Virus record (IMG/VR): IMGVR_UViG_3300046779_002131
Span: 33,543-97,542 of that record
DNA: 64,000 bases
Reading direction: 5' to 3' (one strand)
DNA from: a virus
The notes under the pieces: generated by a model
What the model saw: the letters and a program-made list of their open reading frames with translations, nothing else
Database searches by the model: none
Told to the model about the DNA's origin: nothing
Position numbers and translations under genes: made by a program
In this document: piece by piece, positions 9,484 to 20,600 of the stretch
Layout: the number at the start of each line of letters is the position of its first letter
Numbering within the stretch: the stretch's first letter is position 1

Positions 9484-9896
9484 TTAATTCCTTCGGTGAT
9501 AGGACCACCTTCTACCCAAGCATCACAAGTGCGCTTGGCAGCACATTTAAACTTCAAAAATTTACAATAGCCTAATGTGCCGGCATCTACAGTGTCGTGA
9601 GAGTCTGATCCTGGCTCTGAGCCAATTCCCAGTGCAATGCAGTCCTGAATTTTTTCCGACATATCAAATGCAGCACAGTTGCCACAACGATTATGTTTTA
9701 CTGACTCTATATCGTTGGTATTCCATTTGTCCGCTAGTTCTGCCCAGTATTCATAGTTTGGTTCGTTAGGATTGAGAGGACCATAGTGGTACTCGTCAAT
9801 GGCCTTCTGGCGATTTTTAAGGTTTAGATCAATGTTTTGCGTAGCAGGTGGGCAATTACGGCTTACTGCTTCTAATATGTTTATAAGATTTCTCAT
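9480..9896 (-). CDS. Cys-rich tagged protein (possible metal/Fe-S binding)
   Basis: RCGNCAAF...GYCKFLKFKCAAKRTCDAW. Confidence 0.7.
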   Translation of the reverse strand: MRNLINILEAVSRNCPPATQNIDLNLKNRQKAIDEYHYGPLNPNEPNYEYWAELADKWNTNDIESVKHNRCGNCAAFDMSEKIQDCIALGIGSEPGSDSHDTVDAGTLGYCKFLKFKCAAKRTCDAWVEGGPITEGIK

Positions 9897-12800
9897 TTTT
9901 TCTTACCAGATTTCATGTTAGCGCACCAGTGTGCCATTCTTTGTCGCTCACCAGAACTATTGCTGGCTATCTTTCTTAATTTACTTATGGACTGTTGGCA
10001 ATTTACACCCACACGCTTGGCTAGGCCCTTGCGTCCTGGTTTCTTGCCGTCGGCAAAGTTTTCTTCAAGGTCTGCCTGCTCAACTTCGGCTACAATACTG
10101 GCGACTTCTAAAAATGCCGATTCGCTGAGTAAGGTCAATCTATCCATGTCATAGTAACTACGATTATTGCTGTTATAGATTACAACATCAAGTCCTTGAT
10201 CACGATAACTCTGCGCTAATACAGATACTTGTCCCAGTGTTCCAACAACTTGTTCCATTACATTGTTGGGATTATCGCGGCCAATAATAGAGAAAGTGCC
10301 ACGAAGTTGCCGACGAGAATTTACTATCTTTGACTCATCAATTTGTCCTAGAGTTCGTGGATCGTAGTGTGCTATGCTTTCCTCATCAAAAATTACAGTA
10401 TTATAACCCTGCCGTTCATAATTCATTGCCACAGCAGCAGCATCTTCAAGTGTACCTGTGACTATTTCTAAAGTTGTGTCGGCATCGTCTCTGTCAATAA
10501 TTTCGTATGTTCTACGTTGTGATTGTTGTGCGGCCGGTGAATAACCTGCCTGACTGCGTGATGCATCTGATTGGCTTGATAGTTCTGCTTGCGGTTGTGC
10601 ATTATAAACTAATACTAATTGATCGTTAAACACATTAACTGGCTCACCTAATGCATCGGCCCAACGTTGTGCGGCTTCTCCTGCCATATCGTCATTGGAG
10701 TATGTGTCTGAAGCTATTTCGTCGTTAGATACAACACCAATTAAGGTATATTCTTGCTCTGCACGTGGTGTTGTTGCATTTGTTTCAGCAGCAGGTGTTC
10801 CAGTAATGAAGTAAGCACGATTAGTATTCAAATCAAAAATACGAATTTCTTCGCGTGGAACATCTCGGACAGGTATCAAACTATTTGCCCGCTGCTCGGC
10901 CTCCACCCAAGGCATAGGTCTACCAGGAAATAATATTTCACCATTGCGATTATCTACAATCTGGAATATACTTGTATGGGGTGCTCTAAAAGGTCCACCA
11001 CCGGTGCTTGGCTGCTGGGGTTCGGTGGGAGTTTCTGAAATAAATTCACCGGTATGGGTATATTCCTCGCCAGTACTATCATCCTGCAGGGTATACATCG
11101 ACGCATCTGCGTCGTCTGTCTCACCGTTTTCTTCAAGCCACTCTGCAAGTTCTTCAACGGCTTGCGCCAGAGTGCGATTGTCTATTTCACCAACAACTAA
11201 TTCTCCATCTTGCAAGATTGAGAAGTCGGTTGTGTATTCATCTGAGTGAGAGAACTGCGGACGTCTTACTTCATCTACTCCGCCTGCATCGTTTAAACGC
11301 CAATATTGATGTCCACCGTCGTCATCATGAATTAAAATGTTTCTTCCATAAGATTGATTGCTGATCTCTCTGGCACGAATTACTGCAGAGCTCAGAGTTG
11401 ACTCACCCATGTCTTCTATTTCATCACCGCTAACTCCTGAAATAATATTAAAGTTACCTCTTACATCAGGAATATTAGAACTAGAAGTTGATTGAGTATT
11501 TGATGCATTCAACAATTGGCCATTACTATCGTACGATAGTCCAGAACTTTCATTGTAGAACACAAATTCATTGTGCGGAATACTTCTTGTATCTGCATCA
11601 CGTAAAACATGAGCTCTTGCGTAGTCAAATGATCGTGTACCATTTGTGCGATAGACCATACGATCCTGTCCATCTTCACGTCGGTAAACTATCCATTCAC
11701 CATTGGCAGCACCTTGTACGGCGGTTGGTTGTGACGCTGATTGTTGTCCTCTACCTGCCCGACGAGCACGGTCTATATATGCTTGGTCAATATAATCATC
11801 TTCTTGTCCAATTCTAGAGAGAACCTGTCCAGAACTGGCATTAATGATTCTCAATCTACTTGCGAACTCGGGGTTACCAGGGTAAATTGTAGTGGATCTG
11901 TCATATAATGTATCAGCGGCCACACGAGGTATCATTGGGTCTGTTATCACCGCAACAACTGCACCGGTAGAATCCGCAGGTTGGTTAGTATCAACAATTA
12001 TCCAAGGGCCGCTGTTACCAGCCGATGATTGCTGTCCACGTTGAGCCATAGTTTCCGCAGTAACCGGTGTCCCGTCAATGTAGTAAACGCCCCCATTGTC
12101 TAAGTCGGTGATGCGTATGACATCTTCGGGAATGTTTTGGTTGAAAGACAGATCACGAGCTAACATAGCTGTAGATTCCCAACTTCTAACTCTGACCGGT
12201 ACTAATTGGTTACCATTTCTACCATCAACTATAACATAGCGAGAATTATCTGGTGGTCTGCCGGTAGATACCTGGGCAGGCCAATTAATTGGTACAACAG
12301 TATTTGAATCAAATTGTAAACGTAATGGAAGTCTTTGGCGCCATTGACGTTGAACATCAGGTGTGGCCTGGTTTAACATATCCGTTACAATTCTAGCAGC
12401 GTCTTCAGCAAAGTCAGCACTTATCATTAGTGTTGTGCTGCCACCGTTAACATCAATTAAGTTCATTGCCCGTCGTTCAGGCGCAGAGGATCTTTCTGGT
12501 TGTAGTTCAGCAGCACGTTGCTGTGCCTGTTGCTGGGCAGCCTGTCGTGCGCTGATCAATTGGTCCTGCGCTTTTTTAACAATTTCACGTACTAAAGATT
12601 TAAAAATTGGATCGTCTTTGTTTAGTTGTTGTTTTGAACTTCTAATACCCACTGCAATTTTTGTGCCGCTAAGGTATACGCCAAAGGAATCATTTAAATT
12701 ATACTGCTGGTTCATGGTAGTTAAACCACGGACTGTTGTTGGAAAAACTGTGTAGCTAACAAATCTAGAAGGGTCCGCTGCCTCAATTTTTTCTCTAGTT

Positions 12801-14644
12801 TCAGGGCGCCAGGTGCGGGCTGCAACCATTCGGTCTTTGGCCTCTTGACTGTTTCTTTGAACATTGGTTATGTCAATATCGTCTGTGGCGTATTGTTTAC
12901 GAACTGCCATAGTAAGATCCACGAAACTGTATTCTTTATCTTCTAACAAATATAGATCTTGGGTGTAGACAGCGACACCCGATTCTCTTATTTTTTTAAT
13001 CAGTTGTCGTGGATCATCAGCTTTTTCAGTCTTTTTAGGTTGTATAAAACGTGAGACTTTGTTAAGATATTCATCGCGATAGGCATCGGGGTCAGACGCA
13101 ATGACCATGGAACGCACAAATCGTCCAACTACATTTTCTACATCCTCTGCTCGGTTCAAGTAATCGCCGCCGGCGTGCCTAAAACTTACGTACTTTGAAT
13201 TTTCCGAGCTAACACTGGCCATGTGATTGCTACTGATATCTCGAACAATTTCTTTGAGTTTTTTCATAGGATCCGGAGTGTTTTCCCAATCGCGACCACT
13301 ACCTCGGTTCTCTAATGATTTAATTACACTGTTGGCATAACTGTTGTTTTCTCGGCCAAACTGTTTTAGCACATGTTCATCGCCCACAAACGTTGCTAAT
13401 TTAAGTACATCTAGACTTCGGGGAATACTGACATTGATATGTAAGCCGGTTTTGTTGTTGGCACTGGTATAAAAACCATTTTCTCTAGCAACTTGATAAA
13501 AGTTTTTTAGAACTCGAATAGCCTCAGGAGCAGGCAGTGGCGGGCCAACTATTTCGCACGAACCATCATCGCCATTTGGTCTTAGGCTACCATCAGGTTC
13601 AATGTACCAGTCGGTTAGGTTTTTAGTGCCACCGTGGTAACTGTTAAAAATATGTACTGGACGATTGAATACTGGAAAAATTACATTTTTAACAAAGTCT
13701 GCGGTACGACGATACATGTTACTACTACTTCTATATCTATCTGGATCGTAATCTGGGTTATAGCCGCCAAGCACATTATTAACAGCCTTGGCTTTACCAG
13801 TGATAACCTTCCAAGGACCAGACATGAGACGGGCCATTTGCACAGAGCCGTATTTGATTTTTACCCATTGAGCAAATTGGTCTCGACTATCAGCTGTGTC
13901 AAACATGTAAGCATGCCCTATTCGATCACGAACAGCGTCTAGTAATGCGTCCCAGAAAATTCTTTCTGCATTCATGTGCGCTACTTCTGAGTTTTGGTGC
14001 TCAAATCCATGTTCGCGCCGAGCCTCATAGTAACGATCGCTGTAATGACGATACTTTTCTGAAATAACTGATGTAATTCTGCTATTCGCATCCGAAGGAT
14101 TGCTTATAGTAAAGTTAGTAAAAGATTCGGCATTATCAAAATCAATATCGTTAGATTTTAGGTATTCTTTGACTTCTGCGGCTCGTTGTTCTTTAGTCTT
14201 TATCCACTCAGTCAGTTCTCCATCGTAATTACGCTGTACTAATCTTGTGTAGGCTTTGGCAATGGATTCATCAAACAAACTAGAATATGTTGCAAACACT
14301 GTATCTTTGCAGTATGAATCTAGAATTTTTTTAGTAGCAGGTTCAATACCAGGCACAGGTTCTTCTGATGCTATGAGTTGATCAAATGACGTTCTTACGT
14401 GTGTGACTCTTTCAAGTTTTTGCAACCAACCTTTGACAGTCATCGTGCCCCAGTTTACTACAGGTTCTTGTTCGGCAACTTCTCGACCGCGATTTTCCCA
14501 GGCAACCACTCGCTCTTTAGGAACGCAAACTTCAAATTCAAAGCCCACTAGAACGCCTAGGTCGCCACCTTCCTTGACCGCCTGGCGGAAAACCGTGGGA
14601 CTCATTCTTGCTTCGTACAGCGGATCAATTTCGTTAAATTTCAT
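9893..14644 (-). CDS. Large polyvalent protein: amidoligase (COOH-NH2 ligase type 2) domain plus array of small repeated domains
   Basis: VGFEFEV...WYIEPDGSL...CEIVGPP...KTGLHINVS...YVSFRHAGGDY; the C-terminal half has degenerate 55-70 aa repeats. Confidence 0.8.
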   Translation of the reverse strand: MKFNEIDPLYEARMSPTVFRQAVKEGGDLGVLVGFEFEVCVPKERVVAWENRGREVAEQEPVVNWGTMTVKGWLQKLERVTHVRTSFDQLIASEEPVPGIEPATKKILDSYCKDTVFATYSSLFDESIAKAYTRLVQRNYDGELTEWIKTKEQRAAEVKEYLKSNDIDFDNAESFTNFTISNPSDANSRITSVISEKYRHYSDRYYEARREHGFEHQNSEVAHMNAERIFWDALLDAVRDRIGHAYMFDTADSRDQFAQWVKIKYGSVQMARLMSGPWKVITGKAKAVNNVLGGYNPDYDPDRYRSSSNMYRRTADFVKNVIFPVFNRPVHIFNSYHGGTKNLTDWYIEPDGSLRPNGDDGSCEIVGPPLPAPEAIRVLKNFYQVARENGFYTSANNKTGLHINVSIPRSLDVLKLATFVGDEHVLKQFGRENNSYANSVIKSLENRGSGRDWENTPDPMKKLKEIVRDISSNHMASVSSENSKYVSFRHAGGDYLNRAEDVENVVGRFVRSMVIASDPDAYRDEYLNKVSRFIQPKKTEKADDPRQLIKKIRESGVAVYTQDLYLLEDKEYSFVDLTMAVRKQYATDDIDITNVQRNSQEAKDRMVAARTWRPETREKIEAADPSRFVSYTVFPTTVRGLTTMNQQYNLNDSFGVYLSGTKIAVGIRSSKQQLNKDDPIFKSLVREIVKKAQDQLISARQAAQQQAQQRAAELQPERSSAPERRAMNLIDVNGGSTTLMISADFAEDAARIVTDMLNQATPDVQRQWRQRLPLRLQFDSNTVVPINWPAQVSTGRPPDNSRYVIVDGRNGNQLVPVRVRSWESTAMLARDLSFNQNIPEDVIRITDLDNGGVYYIDGTPVTAETMAQRGQQSSAGNSGPWIIVDTNQPADSTGAVVAVITDPMIPRVAADTLYDRSTTIYPGNPEFASRLRIINASSGQVLSRIGQEDDYIDQAYIDRARRAGRGQQSASQPTAVQGAANGEWIVYRREDGQDRMVYRTNGTRSFDYARAHVLRDADTRSIPHNEFVFYNESSGLSYDSNGQLLNASNTQSTSSSNIPDVRGNFNIISGVSGDEIEDMGESTLSSAVIRAREISNQSYGRNILIHDDDGGHQYWRLNDAGGVDEVRRPQFSHSDEYTTDFSILQDGELVVGEIDNRTLAQAVEELAEWLEENGETDDADASMYTLQDDSTGEEYTHTGEFISETPTEPQQPSTGGGPFRAPHTSIFQIVDNRNGEILFPGRPMPWVEAEQRANSLIPVRDVPREEIRIFDLNTNRAYFITGTPAAETNATTPRAEQEYTLIGVVSNDEIASDTYSNDDMAGEAAQRWADALGEPVNVFNDQLVLVYNAQPQAELSSQSDASRSQAGYSPAAQQSQRRTYEIIDRDDADTTLEIVTGTLEDAAAVAMNYERQGYNTVIFDEESIAHYDPRTLGQIDESKIVNSRRQLRGTFSIIGRDNPNNVMEQVVGTLGQVSVLAQSYRDQGLDVVIYNSNNRSYYDMDRLTLLSESAFLEVASIVAEVEQADLEENFADGKKPGRKGLAKRVGVNCQQSISKLRKIASNSSGERQRMAHWCANMKSGKKK

Positions 14645-17181
14645 TTTCGTTTTTTTGGTTGTGCTCGTAGTCTTTTCATTATAGGCGCTGCAATGGCTTT
14701 AATGTAATTTATCGTCGCAGGATGACCGGGTGGCAAGCGCGAATCTGTAAAAGTATAAAACTTGTAGCTATTCTGCGCAGTTCTTCCTACATCGTTGGTG
14801 CTAGGAACAAGAAACTCAGGTGGCCGAATAAATGTAGTTCTTGTAAAGTTGGCCAAGGGCCATGCTTGAATTCTTTCGCGATTGCCTGGAGCACGAATTC
14901 TATCTAGCATGGTTTGTCTTGCTGCTTCACTATTGGCTTCAACAGACACCTGCTGCATTTCTCTGGTTTTACCTGGCCTAATAGGACCAACACCAGCAGT
15001 GTCCTGGACAATAACAGGAATACCATTCATACGAATATCGTTAATAACAGCCATCAATCTCCGTTGATCAGCTTTGAGACTGCTGCCTCCAGGTAGTTGA
15101 GGTTGTTCGGGAAATAGTTTAGTTAACTTTGTCAAGTATTCGTTTCTATATGCCGTGGGATCTGCGGCAATGACCATGGCCTGAATAAATCTACCCACAG
15201 TGTTGGTGACACCTTGGGGGTCTTTGAGATAAGCTCCTCCGGCATGTCTAAAGCTAACATATTTTCCGTTATAGTTGATACTAGCAGTGTGATTTCCTGA
15301 AATATTCTTTGCTATGTCAACAAGTTTTGCTAGGTCTCGAGGTTTAGCAGCCACTTTGCCGCTGCCTTGAGTTCGTATATCTCGCATAACACTTCGAGCG
15401 TAACCTGATTGTTGTCGACCATAATGTTTTAACACATATTGATCGCCCAGCAGCACAGCTAATTTCAACACATCTATGTTCTTGGGTATACTGACATTGA
15501 TATGCAAGCCGGTGCTAGAATTTGTATATAATTTTAGATTTTCGGCAATACTAAAAAACTTATTCAACACCGTCATGGCTTCGGCGGCAGGATATGGTGG
15601 ACTCACAATCTCGGCTGTGGCGTCATCGGGCGCACTGGCATCTAGGCTTCCATCAGGTTCTACGTACCAATCGGTTAAATTTTTCACTCGCTGATGATAG
15701 TCATCGAATACAACTACATTTTTTTGATATGTGGCTTCAAGTTGTGCCTTTAAGATTTTGGCAGCTTTCCGATATTCTGGATCCCAATCTTCATCTTCGT
15801 CATCGCCCCGTTCGTAGTAATCAAGCTCAAGATAATCATAAGCAGCTTGAGGATTGTCAAAGGTAAAATAGTCTAAGAAATTGTTCTCAACGTCGTACGA
15901 CGTTACACCCAATGCCCAGGCCAGAACTTCAACTAACCGATTTGGTTGTTGACCTAACTTGCGTAAGTATAGTCCTTGATTTGCTGTATAACCACGAGAT
16001 GCATAGAACACTTTTTGTCCAAACTCTCTTGCAAACTTGTACTGTTTGCCCAGCCTTGACATACGACGGTAACTTGCATTTTGTTCAAGTTCGTCCTTGA
16101 CTGTACGCACATGCTGAGTGCGCAATCTTTGCGGTATTGCGTCAAACGCAGCAATGAGGTCAGTCAGTTGCGCCTCCATCATTGCTTGGCGCATGGTTTT
16201 TACATTGGGCCAATTGATATTGGAATTTTTAAACTTAAACACATCAAGAAATTTGCCAAATTCCTGATCTTCAATATCAAAACGGTCTATGTTCGGGTCG
16301 TGGTCATGTATCAGTTCTATAACTCGAGCCCTGGTAAGTTCTGGCTGTGGTTGTGGTGTATTTGCGATGGGTTGGTTCTGAATGGTTTCTTCGGGAATAC
16401 ACACTTCAAATTCGTATCCCACTAACACACCCTCAGTTTGCCCTTGAGCCACTGCTTGTCGAAATGCCGTGGGATTCATGGCAACTTCATCAACTTCAGT
16501 GCCCGGGACCGAAGTACCATACACAATAGAGTTGGGGTTAATGTTTAAATTTTGAGCCAATTGTTTGATCACTAGATCAACTTTGTTAGCCGGAACTTGT
16601 GATTTTATTAAGCGTCGAATAGGATCACCCTGACGATTTTTACCACTGACATAGACATCTACAGGTTCGTCACCAAAGATAATACGTCCTTCCTGGACAG
16701 TAGTTGCTAGATCAAACAGCGGACCGCGCACATATCCCTGCGTTCCTTGTGCATTCAGTCCTTGTTGTAGATGCTTAATTATTTCCGGGGTAAGGTCGCG
16801 ATTACGTAGTCCACCACGTGGAAACAAATGTACTTCTATGGGATTGTTGCCTTCGGCTGCAGCCGCAGCATACATTCTATGGCGACCATCATGTCCAATT
16901 ACCGAGGCAGGCTCGGAGAAATCTCCTGAGAACCAGGCTTCGGGAATACGTAAATCAAGAAACGGAGCGCCGATACCAGGATCGTCAAGGTGTTGACCAA
17001 TGTACTTAATAGTCGCACGATCGTCAACGGTTTTGCGACCAATAGGTAGTGCTAGTTTTAAAAATGTCAGGGGTTTCATCAGCACACGCAGGCCAACATA
17101 GTCGACATTTTGATTGTTGGGCGTTGCACCAAGGCCGGCTTGATTGTTGATTCGTAATTCGTTTAAGTCCCAGGCTCGCAT
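14641..17181 (-). CDS. Polyvalent protein: ParB/Srx-like N-terminal domain plus amidoligase domain
   Basis: GHDGRHR (ParB-like); VGYEFEV...WYVEPDGSL...AEIVSPP...TNSSTGLHINVS...YVSFRHAGG. Confidence 0.8.
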   Translation of the reverse strand: MRAWDLNELRINNQAGLGATPNNQNVDYVGLRVLMKPLTFLKLALPIGRKTVDDRATIKYIGQHLDDPGIGAPFLDLRIPEAWFSGDFSEPASVIGHDGRHRMYAAAAAEGNNPIEVHLFPRGGLRNRDLTPEIIKHLQQGLNAQGTQGYVRGPLFDLATTVQEGRIIFGDEPVDVYVSGKNRQGDPIRRLIKSQVPANKVDLVIKQLAQNLNINPNSIVYGTSVPGTEVDEVAMNPTAFRQAVAQGQTEGVLVGYEFEVCIPEETIQNQPIANTPQPQPELTRARVIELIHDHDPNIDRFDIEDQEFGKFLDVFKFKNSNINWPNVKTMRQAMMEAQLTDLIAAFDAIPQRLRTQHVRTVKDELEQNASYRRMSRLGKQYKFAREFGQKVFYASRGYTANQGLYLRKLGQQPNRLVEVLAWALGVTSYDVENNFLDYFTFDNPQAAYDYLELDYYERGDDEDEDWDPEYRKAAKILKAQLEATYQKNVVVFDDYHQRVKNLTDWYVEPDGSLDASAPDDATAEIVSPPYPAAEAMTVLNKFFSIAENLKLYTNSSTGLHINVSIPKNIDVLKLAVLLGDQYVLKHYGRQQSGYARSVMRDIRTQGSGKVAAKPRDLAKLVDIAKNISGNHTASINYNGKYVSFRHAGGAYLKDPQGVTNTVGRFIQAMVIAADPTAYRNEYLTKLTKLFPEQPQLPGGSSLKADQRRLMAVINDIRMNGIPVIVQDTAGVGPIRPGKTREMQQVSVEANSEAARQTMLDRIRAPGNRERIQAWPLANFTRTTFIRPPEFLVPSTNDVGRTAQNSYKFYTFTDSRLPPGHPATINYIKAIAAPIMKRLRAQPKKRK

Positions 17182-17182
17182 A

Positions 17183-17659
17183 TTAGTCTAGATCTTCAGG
17201 TGCTTCGTCAGGGCCAATTGCATCCAAGGCACGTTTTAGTTGTGTCAAAGGCAAATTAGCATTGTCATACCCACGCACAATGCGTTGTAGATAACTCTGT
17301 GTGGGCACACGACCTTGTAGTCGTTCTCGTGTTTCCGGAGTCATGGTGTAGACAAAGGCTTCGTAGCGTTGTGCATTACACACCACAGGTACTGCTTTGC
17401 GATCATACAAGTAAGGATAGCCTTCGGTTTGATCTAGTTGTGATAAAAACTCTCGAGACACTGACCATAACACGCCGTCCACTGCACCGCGCTCGGGAAA
17501 TACATTGGCATAACCACAGAATTCAAAATTAAAATTAGGTAGCTTTGCGCCGCCAATGAATTCAGCTGCGTCCATAATTTCAGGATCCGTGAGCATGCCG
17601 TAGGCAAAATAATAAATTGGTAATGCGCCGGCTTCGGTTAGTATGTCATGGATTTTCAT
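17183..17659 (-). CDS. Gamma-glutamylcyclotransferase (AIG2-like) family protein
   Basis: YYFAYG, VDGVLW, LDQTEGYPYLYDR, AFVYTM, P..SYL..I..GY. Confidence 0.88.
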   Translation of the reverse strand: MKIHDILTEAGALPIYYFAYGMLTDPEIMDAAEFIGGAKLPNFNFEFCGYANVFPERGAVDGVLWSVSREFLSQLDQTEGYPYLYDRKAVPVVCNAQRYEAFVYTMTPETRERLQGRVPTQSYLQRIVRGYDNANLPLTQLKRALDAIGPDEAPEDLD

Positions 17660-17698
17660 TTTTAGATTCTCTTGTTTATATATCCAATATTATTTTGG

Positions 17699-20600
17699 CT
17701 ATCTTGCTGGTACCACCATAAACTCGCCACTGCCTAGTAAACCATTTTGTCTCAACCAGTTAGCAGCATACTGATTAGCTTCGCCTTGGTTGCTGCGATG
17801 TACAAAACTATACACTTCTCTATCGTTTTGATCCAACACTAACCAACGTGTGTTACCTGGCGGCAAGCTTTCTGTTCCTTGAGCTTGATTTCTCCAGCCC
17901 GGCTGCGGTATTTCTTCAGCTTCAATAGATTCAACATTGTTGCCATTGCGTATTAGTATTGAATGAACTCGTTCCATAGCAGCATTGGCATTTCTTGCAG
18001 TAATGTTAACGCTATTCAACGTAGTATGTGTGCCATCGTTTACAGTATAAGTTACTCTAAACTGTGGATTATTTTCTTCACCGGGCTCTGTGGGCACAGT
18101 GTGCCTTGGACGCATTAGAGGTCGCAGATAGTATGGATCGTCAAATCCGGTATCTAAAGCCCATCTTCTCCCATATACTTCTGCATCTCTTATGGCATTG
18201 CCTACACCTGAGAATTGATGTACTACTTCGTCAGTAGTACGCGACACAATTTCCCAGGTACCCGAGAACTCTTGATCAGCCGATGCTGCACGTTGTCTTG
18301 CTAGTTCTGCAGTTGATCCAGGAATACCACGACCTTCGATTCTACGTACATTATATCTACTTCGATCGTCACGATCGCGCCCGGATAACCAATCATTGAA
18401 TTTACGTCTTGCTTCTTCATCAGTGTTGGCAATAAATCTAAATACCGGTATCTGGTTGTCTAAATTTATGATTTCATAGTTAGCATCGGTACTCTGTTCA
18501 CCACCTACTGCACCACCTGGCCGCATTACAACGCCATACGGCGATTCAATACTGTCAATGGTATATTCATCAATTTGATCTTGACTATATCCTCGACTAC
18601 GTAGTGTACGCCACAATGCCGCAGCAGCTTGTGAAAAATCGTTGCCTACATCAGGTGTTTGGAAACGCACGTTGTAGATACTGGGATATCTAGCATCTTT
18701 TAATCTGGCTATGTATTCAACACTGCCTCCAGGCACAGGCATTTCGGGTCTTTGCTGTGCTACACCCTGAATTTTTCGTGCGAGATCTGCTTTGCGAGTT
18801 TTAATATCTTTAGGTACACCGTCAACTTCACGATAGTCAATATATAACCAATCCTTTTGGTCAAAGTTGTTAATGATATAGTTAGGCATGTCATAGATGT
18901 TGGCATCAACCTGTCCAAGCACTTCGTCGGGGCGACGCTCATCAAATATTTCCCAGGTACGCACTGAGGTGTCTTGAGGATCTGTGGTATGTAGAACTTT
19001 AGAAGCCCACTCGTTTTTTAATTGTTCGCCGGTTATACCACCAGCACTGTAGGAAGCAAACATTTTCATCATGGCACTGTCGCCTTCGGGTGCCAATAGT
19101 TTGTAAAGTTTTTTACCATACTCTTGACGTTCGGCACTGGGATCGCCGGCAATTTGCATAGCACGAGCTAGACGTAAAAATGTTGTGTTTAATTCTTCGT
19201 TAGATTTGTCTAGGTAGTCTCCGCCGGGTCCACGGAACTCTATGTAACTTGGCTTGCCCTTGTCGTCGCGATGTACATGCGCTGACTGATATTTGTTTCT
19301 ACCACCTTCTCCATGTAAGAAATTTCTAGTGGCAAGTTCTATTAGATTCTTGCGCATTAGTTCAAACGCATCGGGTATCTTTTTCAAGCCGGCTTTTTTA
19401 GCACTGGCAACATAGTCTGCAAGTTTTGTCATTGAGCTTGAACAAAAGTGTATGGCTGTACGTCCAAATTGTTCTAGTACGTGCTGGTCACCCATGAATA
19501 ACAATAATTTAACATAGTCAACGTCGGCTCCGCGATGAGGTATTGATATGTTCATGTGCAGACCTGTGCTGCTGTTGGTATAGCCTCCAATGTCTCGAGC
19601 CCATTCCATAACTTTGTCCATGTCCGACAAGGTCTTGCTCAAGGTCTGTTCGGGACTGACAACTTCAAATCCAGCATCAATGTCATCATCAGGGTGAATA
19701 CTGGAATCGCCTTCAATAATCCAAAGTCCGGGCTCACGTCGGATACTGTGATATCCAGTGCTCATTTTAACACGCATGTTGACGGCAGCAGCAAGACTAG
19801 TTCTAATTTCGTCGGGGTTGCGACTGCCGGCGTTGCCACCCGTTTCGGTCATGTAAGGCCAACTGAGGTCAAAAGAGTTTCCAATATCACTCATGTAGCC
19901 ATATTCACTACGTAAAAAGTCTCGTTCGGAATTGTTGTCCATGAATTCGGCACGGTACTCATCATAGAATTCTTCCCAAGGTGAGCTAGATTTTTTTTCG
20001 TACTGATCCTGTATTTCATCCTCAAATGCAATTCTTGCCTCAGTCTCAGCACGTTGGTATTCGGCATACAAGGGATGGTCTACATTTTCTAATCTGCCGG
20101 CTTCAAGAGCATCACTGGCTTCGGCGCCCTCAATATCTGCGTTGTAGAGTTCATCACCTATTAGATCTTCACGACGATTAGGCCATTCATTTTCCCACAT
20201 CCAGGTTGAAAATTCGTTAAAAAGATTGTCGTCAATTTTATTGTCGATCCACTCATAGTATTCACTAGTTAAATCACTTCTCAAACGTTCTTGTTGACTT
20301 CGCGTTAGGCCATAGCCCCACTCATCATCGCTGAAGAAATCAACTACATCGTCAATATCGCCAGGGCGCTGATCAGCATCGTAGTCAGGCTCTAGTTCAC
20401 TTTCACCTTCTTCGTCATAGGTGTCTCGAAAACATAATTCGGCTTCAAATCCAGCATGTATGTCTTGGGCTTCAGGACTACGTGCCCATGCTTCAAGAGC
20501 TCGGGGAGTCATGGCAACTTCAAACAGCTCCTCACTTTCACGCAACAACGGCGGTGTACCATCTCTGGCAATCTTCCATCCCAGCTTCTTGGCGTTCTTT

